Assembly (NCBI RefSeq): GCF_021028975.2
Contig: NC_059437.1
Span: 18,352,001 to 18,416,000 of the forward strand
From: Sphaerodactylus townsendi
Taxonomy: Eukaryota
Reading direction: 5' to 3'
Length of the DNA: 64,000 nt
Shown here: positions 24,636 through 37,460 of the stretch, piece by piece
Layout: each line of letters begins with the position of its first letter
Numbering within the stretch: position 1 is the first letter of the stretch
Notes under the pieces: model-generated
Seen by the model: the letters and a program-made list of their open reading frames with translations, nothing else
Databases searched by the model: none
Told to the model about the DNA's origin: nothing
Translations under genes and position numbers: made by a program

Positions 24636-24844
24636 CTCTGAAGTATCAATCATGCAAAAGCCAGTTCTAAAGAAACTGGCATTTGCAGACCCATGTATTC
24701 CCCAATAGATTCCCCCTCCCAAATTCCCAGAGGCAGCCTCTGGAACTGAGACTGCCCCAAGATCAGCAACACGTAGCGCTGGAACCACCCACAACAAGAT
24801 AACAGTTATAATTCTTTTCTCACAGGACTGAGGATGCAGAGGAT

Positions 24845-25118
24845 GAAGAAGAGTTTGGATTTATATCCCCCCTTTCTCTCCTGTAGGAGAGAAAGTGGCT
24901 TACAATCTCCTTGTCCTCCCCCCTCACAACAAACACCCTGTGAGGTGGGTGGGGCTGAGAGAGCTCCAAGAAGCTGTGACTAGCCCAAGGTCACCCAGCT
25001 GGCATGTGTGGGAGTGTACAGGCTAATCTGAATTCCCCAGATAAGCCTCCACAGCTCCAAACCCGGTTCCTCCAGATTAGATACACGAGCTCTTAACCTC
25101 CTACACCACTGCTGCTCC
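24845..25118 (-). mobile_element. Young Squam3-like SINE with a small internal deletion
   Basis: Highly similar to 38803-39122 and 46973-47240; lacks the AGGCGGCAGAGCTGGGAAT segment. Confidence 0.9.
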
Positions 25119-25673
25119 TGTTCTGCTGGGCTAACCCACAAGAGTTCTGCATGTGCGGAAGGGGCCTAGGGTTCAAATCCCCACACTTCAATCTGCTTAT
25201 TCAGTGCTTTCAGACTAGGCATGTCTATGGGTGCCAATAGCCTCAAAAAAATGCCCTGTACCCCTAATACAGACTTCATGGGATGTTATGTATCAGGTGT
25301 TGTTTTTAACCGCTGCGCAATGAAAAGCTTTAGCAGCCTATTTTCAAACAATTCATTTCTCTCAAAGGGAGCGAACATTTTTCCCCAGGTTGTTGGCAAC
25401 ATATTTTATCAGCCAAAGTGCTTTGCAGAGTTGACTTTTAGGATTCAATGGATAACAGAGAGCTGCTTATATAGGATGAGGTGCTTGGAGGAAGAGTGTG
25501 TAATGGATGGGCAAGGACCCTGTCCCTTCTATGCAAAACATTTATGCTTGGTTAGAGTGAAGAGCAAATAACAACCAATCAGGACCTTTGTAACTTGGAA
25601 GGATCTTAATGGGAGAGGGAAGATGAAAGTAAAAAAAATAAACTTCTGTTTTTCTTTTCTTTTTAGTAACATG

Positions 25674-25750
25674 TGATCTGATGAAGAGTTCTGAGCAACC
25701 CCAAATTCTTCACATTGTTACACATCACTGAGTTGGTCCTAGCAAAGGTA
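25674..25750 (+). mobile_element. Penelope-like terminal fragment with degenerate hammerhead
   Basis: GATCTGATGAAGAGTT...AAC..., later GTTGGTCCTAGCAAAGGT; the GAAA core is lost. Confidence 0.45.
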
Positions 25751-25959
25751 CGACATGGGTGGTGTATTTTGACTTTTGTGTTTTGTTTAGGCAAATTTTC
25801 TTTAGCAATTTTTTTATAATCTACTCCATTGGAGTACACCATTACAGTCCTCCAATCTTGCTATAACGGAGTAGCTTGTAAAAGACATGGATTTGTTTTC
25901 TAGTCTCTAGTTAGCTGGGAGGTTTGCTTGGAATTTGTGTAAGCCAGCAATTATCTCTC

Positions 25960-26165
25960 AGCCTAAGACGAATCATGCTAGTCAATCTCATCAGATCTCA
26001 GTAGCTAAACATGTTCAGCCTTGGCTAGTGTTTGGATGAGCAACCTCCAAGGGATACAAGAATCATGACATTGAGTCAGGCAATGGCAAACCACCTCTGA
26101 ATGTCACTTGCCATGAAAATCCCACCAGCAGTCACCATAAGTCAAATGTGGCTTGACAAGAAAAA
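25960..26165 (+). mobile_element. 5S rRNA-derived SINE (5S-Sauria-like)
   Basis: ATCTCATCAGATCTCAGTAGCTAAACATGTTCAGCCTTGGCTAGTGTTTGGATG aligns to 5S ATCTCGTCTGATCTCGGAAGCTAAGCAGGGTCGGGCCTGGTTAGTACTTGGATG; RTE-type tail GGCAATGGCAAACCACCTCTG. Confidence 0.8.
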
Positions 26166-26367
26166 AAAAGGAAAAAGGAAGAAAAATAAAAGTAAAGCTG
26201 AATTGTGCAGCTATCATGAGTGTAAAATGGGAAAACCTCATCTATGCAGTTGCGAATCTCCTTGGGAGAAGTCATCCATGTGATTAATGACATTTGTATC
26301 ACTTGAAATACTTGGTCTGATGCCTTGAATCTTTTCCTACAATAAAGGAATCTGATTCATATTGCAA

Positions 26368-26710
26368 CAGAGAGCTGGGCAGTTTGGCTAAAGCTGAACA
26401 GGAAAAAAATTCCCCCAAATACCTGATCAGTATTTTTCAGTTTTTTTTTTCTCACGCCAAAACAGGCAGCAATTAAAAGGGATCCAAAAATCAGATCCTG
26501 AATCATTTGGGGGAAAAACAACATGATTTGGGCCATTTCAGGCTTATCACCAACACTTCTAGCTCTCAGCTCCAGAGGCTGCAGGGATTTTTTGGGTTCG
26601 GGTTTAATAAACCTGAATTTTTTCGGGGGGAAAAACCCCATATTAGAAATTGGCTTTTTGCAGGGTGTGTGTGTGAAAATTTCCAGGTCTATTTAACCCA
26701 AACCCCAAAA
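26368..26710. mobile_element. DNA transposon remnant (hAT-like)
   Basis: AGAGCTGGGCA start; TTCGG/CTGAAT subterminal motifs like those at 11910-12020. Confidence 0.35.
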
Positions 26711-28130
26711 ATATTGATTCCCTCAGACTGAAAAAGTATTTCTATCTGTAGGGGAGGAACTACATCAAAGAAACGGAAGATGTTGTGCAAAGAAAGAATC
26801 ACAGGTTTCTCTCACAAAAGGGAGAAGTGGAATTAAAATAGTGAGTTTGAGGTAGAACAGCAGAAAAGATTCCAAATCATGATTAGCTATCTCTATTTCA
26901 GCAGAGAGCAAGAACTAAGAAGGTGGAGGTGTGGCTTGATAGCAGGTAGCTGCGAGCACTGGGCATTGAGCAAGTTAAGGATATGGTATGGAGGCCAATG
27001 ACATCATCAAGGGCAAGGTTGTTGAATGGAGATAAAGTCTTAGCTGGTCTCTATGAATTTGTGTTTGATAGCTGCCTGTCTAATGTGCAACTTTAAAGCT
27101 AACCTCAGGAGAACGTATTGCAAACATTCTCTTGAAGCTTCAATTGATATTCATTTCAATATGGAAGCTTCAAAGAAAGGGCTGATGTTTTAATTCTGTG
27201 TGACATTTGAGAAATAGTGCAGCTGAAAGTGATTTCCCCCCCTCCCCTCTCTGCAAATACAGGGAGTGTAATATTAAAGATTTTATTCTTTTGGTGGAAG
27301 TTAATAGTACTGTTACCATGGTGCACTTATTCCTTTAATTTCATGTAAATTTAAATTTTATGATGTTTGCTTCTCTGAGATTATATAATCCCTTTTTTAT
27401 TGAAAAGAATCACAATTATGCAAATGATGATATCCAAGGAGACAAGTTGCAATTAACTGTGAAAGACAGGCTGTTACCGTAAGACGTTTATTCACACCGA
27501 ACAAAACAGGGCTTGCTTTAAAATAAACCTTCTCCAAAAAGAAAGAAATCAATTTGGCACAGTCTTTTAAGGCAGACATTTCTCTCAGACAAAAGTTTGT
27601 AGTCTCAGTGTATTAATGTCATTAGTTTTTTTAATGCCCCTGTGCTCCAATACATTGGCCTCTTTCTTTGTTTGGGAAAATAACATAAAACAGAACTTCC
27701 TACGCCAGTAATTATCGCTTGGATCACTTGGTTTATATAGAACCAGGACAGGCTGAGTACAGTGTAAACTATAGATGTAGGTTCGAAGTAGTCAAGAGGT
27801 CCCTGAGAGATGTGTAGAACTTTCATGGGACTTAGTGAAACCCCTCCTCACCTTGAAGTATTTCAGAAACTGATTCCCATAGCAGGGACATCTACATGTC
27901 CATCACATTTTCACTTTGGTGCAGACAATTCAAAACCTGGGTCTTTCCCGTTTCCCCCCACTTGGTGAAATAATTATCCGCTTTCCTCAAACTTGTAAGA
28001 GGACATCCGCAGCTGATATTTTGACAAATTGTTTATAATACTGATTTTTAAAAAAAATGCTTGTAAAGTAGGTGTTCAAAATTCAAAGTACTGATGATTT
28101 GTCCATGATTTAAAATGAGCAGTGTTTCAA

Positions 28131-28169
28131 CTGCATTTGGGTCATTGGTTCTGCATTTGGGTCATTGGT
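28131..28169. repeat. 20-bp tandem duplication
   Basis: CTGCATTTGGGTCATTGGT(T) x2. Confidence 0.9.
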
Positions 28170-28694
28170 GACATTCCGTCTGGCAGCTGTGGCTGTAGTT
28201 GACCAGTGGTAGTTGCTGTTGACTCACAGTTGCAATCTACTGACTTGTTTGGATTTATATATGTTCCAGGGTTATTATAGTCAGATTGTCCATCATTTAT
28301 ATTCAGGCATATTCATGTGTGTTCTTTTTTTCTTTTTTCTTTTGCCTGCACTGTCAATAGCATTAATCGTTGATGACATCCATTATGTTGATACATGCTC
28401 AAAGTTTACTCCATCAAACTCCAGTTTCCAGGTAGCCATGCACAAAGTATTTGCAATCCTATTTAGAACACACTTTGGAAAGCAGGTCAAAGGAACAAGA
28501 ATAACTACTAGGTAGACAAACAATGTAGCTTTCTTCCTTTATCCCAGCTGGATATGGAGACAATGGAGAGAAACATTTGTTTTGTGAGTGTTTTTGATGA
28601 GTGGTTGAGGAAATAGTAGGTGGGATAGTGGATGAGAAGAAGCAGGACAAGGAAATAGTAGGAAACCATGTGTGTGAGTGTTATCTTATGTTTT

Positions 28695-28993
28695 CAGCAT
28701 GGTGTAGTGACTAAGAGCAGTAGACTCTAATTTGAGAACCAGGTTTGATTCCCCACTCTTCCACTTGAGCGGCGGACTCTTATCTGGTGGACCAAATTTG
28801 TTTCCCCACTCCTACATTCCTGCTGGGTGACCTTGTGCTAGTCACAGTTTGCTCAGAACATTCTCAGCCCCACCTGCCTCACAAGGTGTCTGTTGTGGGG
28901 AGAAAATGGGCAAGGAGTTCGTAAGCCACCTTGAGTCTCCTTACAGGAAAGGCAGATTATAAATTCAAACCTCTCCTCCTCTTATTCTTCTTC
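28695..28993 (+). mobile_element. Squam3-like SINE, full length
   Basis: CAGCATGGTGTAGTG head, duplicated B-box unit, TATAAATTCAAAC plus CT-rich tail. Confidence 0.9.
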
Positions 28994-29417
28994 AATGTCT
29001 TATATCAAAAGTGAGGTTTTTTGAGCATAAAGAAGTACTGCTCATGATCTGTGGTCAAGTCACAATTTGAGCAAGGCAAGTGTTCACTCACTGGAGCATT
29101 CAAAAAAACTTTGCAGCTATATAGTAGCCGCAGTGGTTTTGTTTATTTAGGGTGGTGGAGTTTCATTATCTTGCCTTGTGGGAACCATTGTAACTATGCA
29201 GTCAGTGAGATGATTCTTCGCAAAGTCATGGATGGTCAGGTAAGGTAATGAAATTATATGGGGGGTATTTGTCTCATAAGACCTTACAAAATTGCTTGTG
29301 TGAAATCATGTTGATAACACTGATTTAAATAAACACAAAGTGTAAGATTTTTTTTAAAAATAGTGTTTATTTATAATCACTGTTGGACTACTTTACTAAA
29401 TATGATTGGCTGCTAAG

Positions 29418-29590
29418 TAGGCTTGCCAGCTCCAGGTGGGGAAATGCCTGGAAATTTTGGGGGTGGAGCCTGGGGAAGGGAGGGTTTGGGGAGGGGAGAA
29501 ACCTCAATGGGGTATAATGCCACAAAATCCACCCACCAAAATAGCCATTTTCTCTTCTTCATCTGGAGATCAGTTACAACTCCAGGATCC
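29418..29590. mobile_element. TAGGGTTGCCA-type hAT-like MITE, truncated
   Basis: TAGGCTTGCCAGCTCCAGG...GGAAATGCCTGGAAATTTTGGGGGTGGAGCCTG; inverted relative to 29637-30155. Confidence 0.6.
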
Positions 29591-29636
29591 ACCCAGCGGC
29601 GTGCATCCCTACTACCAAATGGTGTTCAGTTACAAG

Positions 29637-30155
29637 AGGGTTGCCAACCTCCAAGTGGTAGCTGGAATCTCCCTCTGTGAGCCAGCGTGGTGCAGTGGCT
29701 AAGAGTAGGTGCACTGTCATCTGGGGAACCAAGTTTGATTCCCCACTCTGCCATTTGAGCTGTGGAGGCTTATCTGGTGAACTAGATTAGCTTGTGCACT
29801 CCCAACACAAGCCAGCTGGGTGACTTTGGACTAGTCACAGTTCTTCGGAACTCTCTCAGCCCTACCCACCTCACTGGATGTTTGTTGTTAGGGGAGAAGG
29901 GAGATTATAAGTCCCCTTGAGTCTCCTTACAGTAGAAAAAGTGGGGGGATATAAATCCAAACTCCTGCTGCTGCTGCTGCTGCTGCTGCTCCTCTCCTCC
30001 TCCTTCTACAACTGATCTCCCAGTAACAGAAATGAGTTCACCTGAAGAAATGTCCAGACAAACCATGCGTATGGTCTCTTCCCTCACAAAATCCTGCACT
30101 CAGGTTCCACCCTCAAAATCTTCAGCTATTTCCCAACCCAGAGCCAGCAACCCTA
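29637..30155. mobile_element. TAGGGTTGCCA-type hAT-like MITE interrupted by a SINE
   Basis: AGGGTTGCCAACC...GCAACCCTA termini; SINE inserted at 29679-30006. Confidence 0.65.
29679..30006 (+). mobile_element. Squam3-like SINE with (CTG)n/(CCT)n tail
   Basis: GAGCCAGCGTGGTGCAGTGG head through GATATAAATCCAAACTC tail. Confidence 0.9.
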
Positions 30156-30419
30156 AGTGACAACAGAACTGTGCAGATGGTGCAGGGATTTGCTTTTTGG
30201 CTCCTTTAAATTATTGCCATTTTTTCAAGTTTTTTTTTATGGCAGCAGTGCCAAAACAGAATTAATAATACAAAAAAATAGTTGACATTAATCAGAATCC
30301 ATTTTTCAGGTTCCATAAAATGCAACCATTTTTTTTTCCAGAAAAATACTGATAAGATATTTTAAGGGTTTTTTTCAGTTCAACTTTGCCCCTAATTCAA
30401 CAGCAACCACCTCACAAAA

Positions 30420-30770
30420 ACCATTGTGGTGTAGAGATAGACTTTCAGAGTAGGATCTGGGAGACCCATGTTTGAATCCTGTTTCTTCTATGGCAGGGGT
30501 AGGGAACCTGCGGCTCTCCAGATGTTCAGGAACTACAATTCCCATCAGCCCCTACCAGCATGGCCAATTGGCCATGCTGACGAAACTGATAAGTGCTGAA
30601 TTCTAGGCTATCTGGAAACATGGGAAACTCACTGGGTGATCTTAGGCTAGTCACACACTTTCAGCCTAACCTATCTCAAAGGGTTGTAAGGAGAATGGCG
30701 TAAGCTGTTTCAAATCCCCATTGTGAAAGAAAAGCAGGGTATAAACAAGGTAAATTAATAATAAATATAG
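30420..30770 (+). mobile_element. Squam3A-like SINE interrupted by a MITE
   Basis: TGTGGTGTAG...TTTGAATCC head; GGGTGATCTTAGGCTAGTCAC core; GGGTATAAA tail. Confidence 0.65.
30494..30590. mobile_element. Palindromic hAT-type MITE, truncated
   Basis: CAGGGGTAGGGAACCTGCGGCTCTCCAGATGTTCAGGAACTACAATTCCCATCAG...GGCCAATTGGCC. Confidence 0.8.
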
Positions 30771-31269
30771 ATGCAGATAGGAACAGATTAAAGGTAGGTT
30801 GCCTAGAGGGTGGGAAGAGAGAAATAAGCATGGGAAACTGGGGGGTTGTTAGGAAGAAGACAAGAGGAAAGTTTGTGTGTGGGGGGGTGTTACATGGAAA
30901 AGTGCTCCACAAATCCTTGCAGGTTCCCTACCATACAACTGGACCCAGCTCAACAACCAGCCCTGGACAATTTAGTCCAGCCCAGCTGGATAGCTGGAAT
31001 CACTCAGAGTCTTTCCAGGAATAGTCTGTGAGGAGAGAAGATAGGATAGCTGAAGATGGGATGAGGGAAAGGTAGAGAAAGGTTAGTTGGCTGATGAATG
31101 GGAAGGAGAGAAAAAGCAGAAAAGAAAATGCAGGAAAACTGAAGAGCCTACTGGAGCTTTCAGGGAAGTGCAAGAGTAAATCATAGAAGAAGAGAAAATG
31201 AGATGCCCTCCATAAGTCCTTTCAGGTTCTGCACTTGTCCATATTCTGTCCTGCAACTACATTTGCAAT

Positions 31270-31338
31270 TTTCGGGGCCCTTCGGGGAAGGGTGGTCTAT
31301 AAATTTAATAAAATAAATAAATAATAAATAAATAAATT
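31270..31338 (+). mobile_element. L2-like LINE 3' tail
   Basis: GCCCTTCGGGGAAGGGTGGTCTATAAAT plus (AATA)n, as at 10528-10588. Confidence 0.6.
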
Positions 31339-32440
31339 TCAGAGTACTTGAAATTGTGTGTGTTAATATATAGTATGGAAGCCTGGCCATTGTTTGAAGA
31401 AGAGGCAGATAGAAGGGTCACCATCACATTCGTAGGCCCTACCCATGAATTGTACATGTTTGAGCTCTGGACAGGGCTTATGAACTGGGGTTGTGACTGT
31501 TTGATTTGTGCCATGCAAACAGTAGAAATGTGCAGATGCGTAAAAGTGTATCTCCTTTAAATATATTCACAGGGTTTTCCTGAGGGCAGATTATGCAGTC
31601 ACTTTTGACAGTTTTGAGCCATGTGTGCTAAGATCAACATAACTTGGGCTGACTTTGCCCCATTTCACATGGTTTTTGTCCATGCAGGCCTTATGACCAC
31701 CAGCACCGTCTTTTGGGTGGTCAAAGGGACCCCGATTCCTTTTTCACCAGTAGGAAAGATGGTTGGATCTAACTGAATATGTTCTTCAACATAATAGTTG
31801 ATAACCTTCTGTAACACAGGTTGTAAAAATGACACCCCCCCCAAAAAAAGAACAATAATCCCTCCCCATCCCCTATTCTAACAGCTATTTTAATGTTCCA
31901 GCTAGCTTAGGAAAATGTGCAACTTCCTTGGCTCATTGAATAAATCTTTCTTCATGATTGAAGGTTTTTCAATCAGAAAGGAGCATTGTTAAGTATCAGG
32001 TTGGACAAGAGAGGCTTAGTCTGTCCAAAGGACTATGATGGGAAAAGTCATTACTTGAAATGAAGAACAGCTGAGCCTTGCTGGGGTTGAAATGGTTTAT
32101 TTTTTTAAAAAAAAACCCTTAGTTTGCAATATGAGTTTTTTTCTCTAATGAAGAATATTCTTTTTTACCCTTGTGAGCCATCTCCATTTAATTTTTATAT
32201 GTGGGCTACTTTTCAAAAGTGAGACTTTTAGTTTTCTCTGGACTATCTCAGGGGTTTCTTTATTTGAATCGCTTAAAATCTATGTGGCAAGGATGAGTGG
32301 ATTTTCCCTGTTTTATTCTATAATTGTGTGAAAGTTTACTCGACACCAACATTGTATTACCCAAATGAGACCTTGTTTCAAACCTAGCATGTTCCAAGGT
32401 TTTTTTTTTTTTAAAAAAAACTGTTTGAACCTGCTTATGA

Positions 32441-32728
32441 AAGCCAATATGGTATAATCATTAAGAGCAGATGGACTCTAATCTGGAGATCTGGGTTTGA
32501 TTCCCCACTCCTCCACATGTGCACTGTACTCCTATCTGGTAAACTGGATTTGTTTCCCTGCTCCTACACATAAAGCCTACTGAATGACTTTGGGCTAGTC
32601 ACAATTCTTCAGAACTCTCTCACCACAAGGTGTCTATTGTGAGGAGAGGAAGGGAAAAGGAATTTGTAAGCTGCCTTGAGATGCTGTACATGAGAGAAAG
32701 GCAAGGTATAAATCCAAACTCTCTTCTT
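32441..32728 (+). mobile_element. Squam3-like SINE
   Basis: GGACTCTAATCTGGAGATCTGGGTTTGATTCCCCACTCC; second unit; TATAAATCCAAACTC tail. Confidence 0.9.
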
Positions 32729-32929
32729 ATATACAGTTCCCAGTTTTAGCACAATAAATCTCTCTGGAAATATAGTTAACTAAAAAGTACTTTATTGACC
32801 TAACCAAGATACAGAATAAAAAGAGGCAGAGCAAAATAGTACAAGATAATGACACTAAACTATTTTAAAGCAACAGTACAGCAGCAGTCCAATAAAATAA
32901 TAACTTTGTACAATCTTTAAGCAAAATCA

Positions 32930-33216
32930 TTTATTTTACTTGCATGATATCTTGTCTTTCTGTCCTCATCAAGACCACTAAAGTGGCTATTTAAAAATAC
33001 ACAACAAAAACACATTTAAAAAACATTAAAATAAAGCAAAAGACATCACTAAAACAATTAAAAACTACAAAATACACATGGAAAGGTATAAAAGCAACAC
33101 TGGGCAGACAGGAGAGATCACTTAGGGAACCCCAGATGAAACAAAAATGTCTTCATCCACTGGCAGAAAATTGCAACAGGAAGGGACAGATGAGACCCCC
33201 TGGGGAAGAGTTCCAG
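32930..33216 (-). mobile_element. L2-like LINE 3' fragment
   Basis: A-rich UTR complement followed by AAAATGTCTTCATCCACTGGCAGAA...CCCTGGGGAAGAGTTCCA. Confidence 0.55.
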
Positions 33217-34059
33217 TTAATGCTAGTTTTAGTCCACTTTGGACTTATAGTCCAAATGGCATTCCTTCCACTTGGCTAGTCTAGGACAAAAAAATAAACA
33301 GCAAATCAAAGAGAAGAGTTGCCCAAACAGGAGAAAGATTTAGAGGTATTAAGGAAGGATGAGGGAAGGATGAGCTGGCAGCAAGATAGACCAACTGCAA
33401 GTGGAGATGGGAGAAGATAAGAGAGACATGGCAGGTCAATATAGGAAAAAAGTGTAATGGGAGAAATAAAAAAGGGCATGTTTCTTGATGAAGAATGTCT
33501 AGTGATTTCATATTGGGGTGCTGAATAATGATTCTGAAGCACAACCAACTACCAGATGTACGCGGGGCAGGGAGGTAGGGGAGAAATCCTGTGATTTCAG
33601 CACTGGAAGAAAGTATAAGAGCAGAACTAAGTAGAAAAATGGAAAGGTTGTCATGCCCTTCATATCCAACTGGCAGCAAATAGGGAATTGCTGCAACTGA
33701 CCAGATGTAGTGCAGAATGTAACTGCACTGGACCAAAGGTGAAGAATCCAGTTGTCCATTGGAGGAATTTGGTCTGATTCTGCAGAGCTCTCCTTATATG
33801 AGTAATGAAAGGTGGGGGTCTGTTTTATTTCTCAAACAATATAGGCCATATTTATGGTCGTAAGTGTACTATATATGTCTCACCAGAACCTTGGATTCCT
33901 ATAAAAAGTAAGAATCTACTCCTCTCCCATGATTGGAATCTGTCCATTGGGCTAACCTATACTCTTTCCTGAAGTGGTGGGAGTCCCTTCCTTTTAGAGT
34001 GTGGAATAAGCAAAAACAGACTCTTGGCTTAGCAAAAGGTTGGGCAAGCTTGGGGGTTT

Positions 34060-35071
34060 TGTTGCTAATGTATATAGAGACCAGCTTTTGCAAGAAATGC
34101 CACAGAAGAGCAAATAAAGTTCAAAAAGTTTATTTAGGGATAATGGGGTACCCAAGCACACCATAATCAAACAGCAGAACACACATACAGTCCTAGGATA
34201 TAAGATGTCAAGTGGATAGGTTTGGAATAGATAAAGGGAATTGGGGAGTAAGGTTTGGAATAGATAAAGGGAATTGGGGAGTATAGTCACCAGATCTTGG
34301 AGTGGAATGGCCCAAAGAACAGAGCTGAGCAGCTCACGCTTAGCTCTGGTGGAAGAACAACATATTGTAGAACAATATCAACAGAGGTGTCCAGAGATAT
34401 TAAACAATGGCTACTAGGAGAGGTGACTTCTTATAGGAGATTAGTCATAGGAAGAAGTTCTTGAATTAGTAGAACACTTGGCAGGAACACTCAGGGTGAT
34501 GTATGTAGGAGTTGCATGGCAGCCTCGAGCACTACCAGTTGGGGCGTTGCCTGGAGGAGAGGAGGTTATTTCCTAGAATGAAAACACCTGAGCGTAATTA
34601 ATGGCAATGGCTAATAACAAGCACCAGCTGTGGGCTAAGGAAGATCAGATAAGTGAGAAGGACAACGAGGCTTATACTCGGAGGTCTGGCTTCTTGAAAC
34701 TATGATCCAGTCTCTCTTGATTACTTGAGGAGACTTCCTTGGTTCCTGAATAAAAAGGCTATTGGACTTTCTTAACATCTTGTAGCCGGGAGCTTTCTTT
34801 TGTTTTATTTTGTCTGGAGGAGGAAACTCCTACAGAGGAGATTATTTCTTTGGAAGCCTGGGAGAAAGCTTGCTAGAGAAGTCAGCAAGCCATTTGTTAT
34901 CTGGCATACAAGGCTACCGAGAGGCCAGAACGACATCACAGGCTCATACAGGTGAACATATTAACAAGTCGCTTGTCTCTGTAGGGATGTATAGTCTAGA
35001 ACTGGAGAGGGGAATCCTCTCCATGGTCAGGATCATTGTGCTCTCTTAAACCATTCAGGAAGGGTATGACA
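34060..35071 (-). mobile_element. Possible solo LTR
   Basis: TG...CA ends; minus-strand AATAAA ~70 bp from the 3' end; internal tandem duplication; no TSD found. Confidence 0.3.
34218..34283. repeat. Perfect 33-bp tandem duplication
   Basis: AGGTTTGGAATAGATAAAGGGAATTGGGGAGTA x2. Confidence 0.95.
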
Positions 35072-35093
35072 TAGGTGTTTTGCATGGCAGATA

Positions 35094-35185
35094 TGAGGGG
35101 GGAAGGGCAAGGAGATTGTAAGCCCCTTTGAGTCTCCTGCAGGAGAGAAAGGGGGGATATTAATCCAAAACTCTTCTTCTTCTTC
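35094..35185 (+). mobile_element. 5'-truncated young Squam3-like SINE
   Basis: GAAGGGCAAGGAGATTGTAAGCCCCTTTGAGTCTCCTGCAGGAGAGAAAGGGGGGATAT...(TTC)n. Confidence 0.85.
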
Positions 35186-36540
35186 AGATATGGGCAAGGG
35201 CATGTCTAGATGGGTTTTTCTATGTCTTGTGGGTACACTAGTCAATGCAGAGAATGGGTTCCCCATCTTGGCACTGCACTGCTAGGCACATTGAGGGTTG
35301 GCAGGATGAGTAGAGACACTGCTGTCTTAAGAGCAGGGTTCCCCCAACCCACCATGGCTCAATCTGGTAACAATACTGATGCACCTTGAGAAATATCACC
35401 TTTCTTAACTCACAAATCCACAACCTTTCATTTTTTTACAGGACAGTATAGTCTCAAAGAGGATAAAGAAAAAGTTAACTGAAACATTGTCAACTGAAGT
35501 ATGAAAAGATAAAGTTTGTAATGGGCAGAGAGTGAAGAAGTAAGGGCACAAGAGGATAAGAAGGGCAGGGTTTGAAAAACTGAGCATTTTTTGAAGTCTA
35601 AAGGAACTTTGATTGAATTATTAGCCTGAGGGAAAATGGGGGATAAAAGGCCAGGCAAGTACAGAAGATGAGATAGAAGAAGTCTTACAGTTATTAGACT
35701 GAAGAATAATCAGACTTTAATGCAGGATGTACAAGGAGGTCATTGCAGTCCAGTGGATCTGGACACAGCTCCTTCCAAGTCCAGCTTGGAAGATTTTACA
35801 AGACCAAAGCTTACTGTACAACCTGCTTTGACCTAGCCTTGTTAAATAAGTTATTTTGGTGGACTGAATTTCTACATTTAGTGGTATTGCTGAAGTCTGT
35901 ATGCTGTGTGCTCTGCATAAAAGCTTCAATGACTCATATGTGTGCAATGCAAGGAAAATTAGTGTTGTATGTAAGTGACCATCAGAATGGTATCGTTACA
36001 GTCAACAGTGTAATAAAGCAGGATTACAGATTAGAATAGGGCACAAAACAGTATGCTTCCTGCAATAAAATTATACAACAAATACAACAAGCTGTGAAAC
36101 AAAACTGGATTATAATATTTGGGAAACAGCACCATGGTAGAAGCATCCAATGAGCCAAGCAGTGAAACCTGCCTAAAATTTTACACATATTGATTATGAC
36201 CTCATTCGCTATATAAAATGGTCCTCTGTGACAAGATCCCGTCTCCACATCTAGAAACTAGGGATTTAATTTCACTTCCTCCAAATGTCTTTTAAAAAAA
36301 CCCTTTTTACATGTAAAGGCATAAATTACAGAATCACAGCCTTAAATAAATAATTATATATAAAATCAATCAGACTCTCACTGATGTTTAATGGTCACTT
36401 ACCTGTATTTCACACCGAAGCTGTGAAGCATTAATTACATCAAAGCAAAATTTGGCTACCATTTCAAAAAACCTATTTTTATTTGTATGATTTTGGTACC
36501 ATTTAGTCTTCTAGTCTTGGGTGCTGGCATTCACTTGGCC

Positions 36541-36991
36541 TGTTGGGAAAGGATTATATGCATGAACAAACCATACAGCAGGCTTGAAGAAAACAAGGAA
36601 GGAACAGGTTTATTTCAGTGGTATGAGTGGCTTGGTTGTTTCTTTGTTTTCTTTTTTTCCCAGTCCTCTCAGTATTACAGTAACAGAGTTACTGGAGAGT
36701 TACAAAGCAGGTTTCTTGTCTGACTGATTCAGACTTCAACAAAAAACAGAAAAGCTTTTAACTTTTTTTGACAGTAACAGCAAAAAAAGTTTTATAACAC
36801 AGAACAGATAGGCTCTCCCTTTTTAAACTGCTTTTGACAAGAACAGCATCCAAACTCTATGTTCAAAGTACCTGAAGTCCCTAATGGGCTCCCTGCCTAA
36901 TCAGTAGACTCCCTAACTCATTTGCCACCAAAATTCAACAAAGCCCTACTCTGTTAGTTGGGCAGCTGTTAAACTTATCCTATTTCCAACA
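36541..36991 (-). mobile_element. Probable solo LTR (Gypsy-like)
   Basis: Terminal inverted TGTTGGGAAAGGAT / ATCCTATTTCCAACA; minus-strand TTTAAAAA box near 36825 and AATAAA near 36610; TSD not seen. Confidence 0.5.
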
Positions 36992-37460
36992 TTGTAGTCC
37001 ACTGTTTCAAAATGATTGACTGGGGCTCTTGGAGAGCAGAACGTGAAACTGTCCATCATTCTTACTTAACATTTCTGCTCTTACAATAAATCTATGGAAG
37101 CTTTTCTAGCCACACCAAGGCAGCCCATTCTTCCAGGAGGGAGCCTCACAACAAAGGATGGTTTGGTTCAGGTTGCTGCATCTTTGGCTAAAATATGTGT
37201 AGTTGTCACAGTTGTCACATGGTCCTGCAGATATATGGCACATTAAGGGTATTATAGGTGACAACCTGTATGTTGAATGGGATCTGGTAATTAACTGATA
37301 ACCAATGGAGTGACTATAGAATGGGTGTGATATGCATCGCTGCTCTTGCTTCTCATAGTAAGTAATCCAGCTTTGGTATTGCTGTAGCAGCTGGAATTTT
37401 CAAGGTGATACTAAGGGCAACTCACAAAGAGAAATACAAACCCAAACTATAAAACAAGCC

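Noticed and set aside
25960-26060. Functional 5S rRNA gene
   Set aside because: Heavily diverged and fused to a SINE tail.
33281-33736. 151-aa minus-strand ORF
   Set aside because: Low-complexity product of purine-rich DNA, probably a decayed LINE; no conserved motifs.
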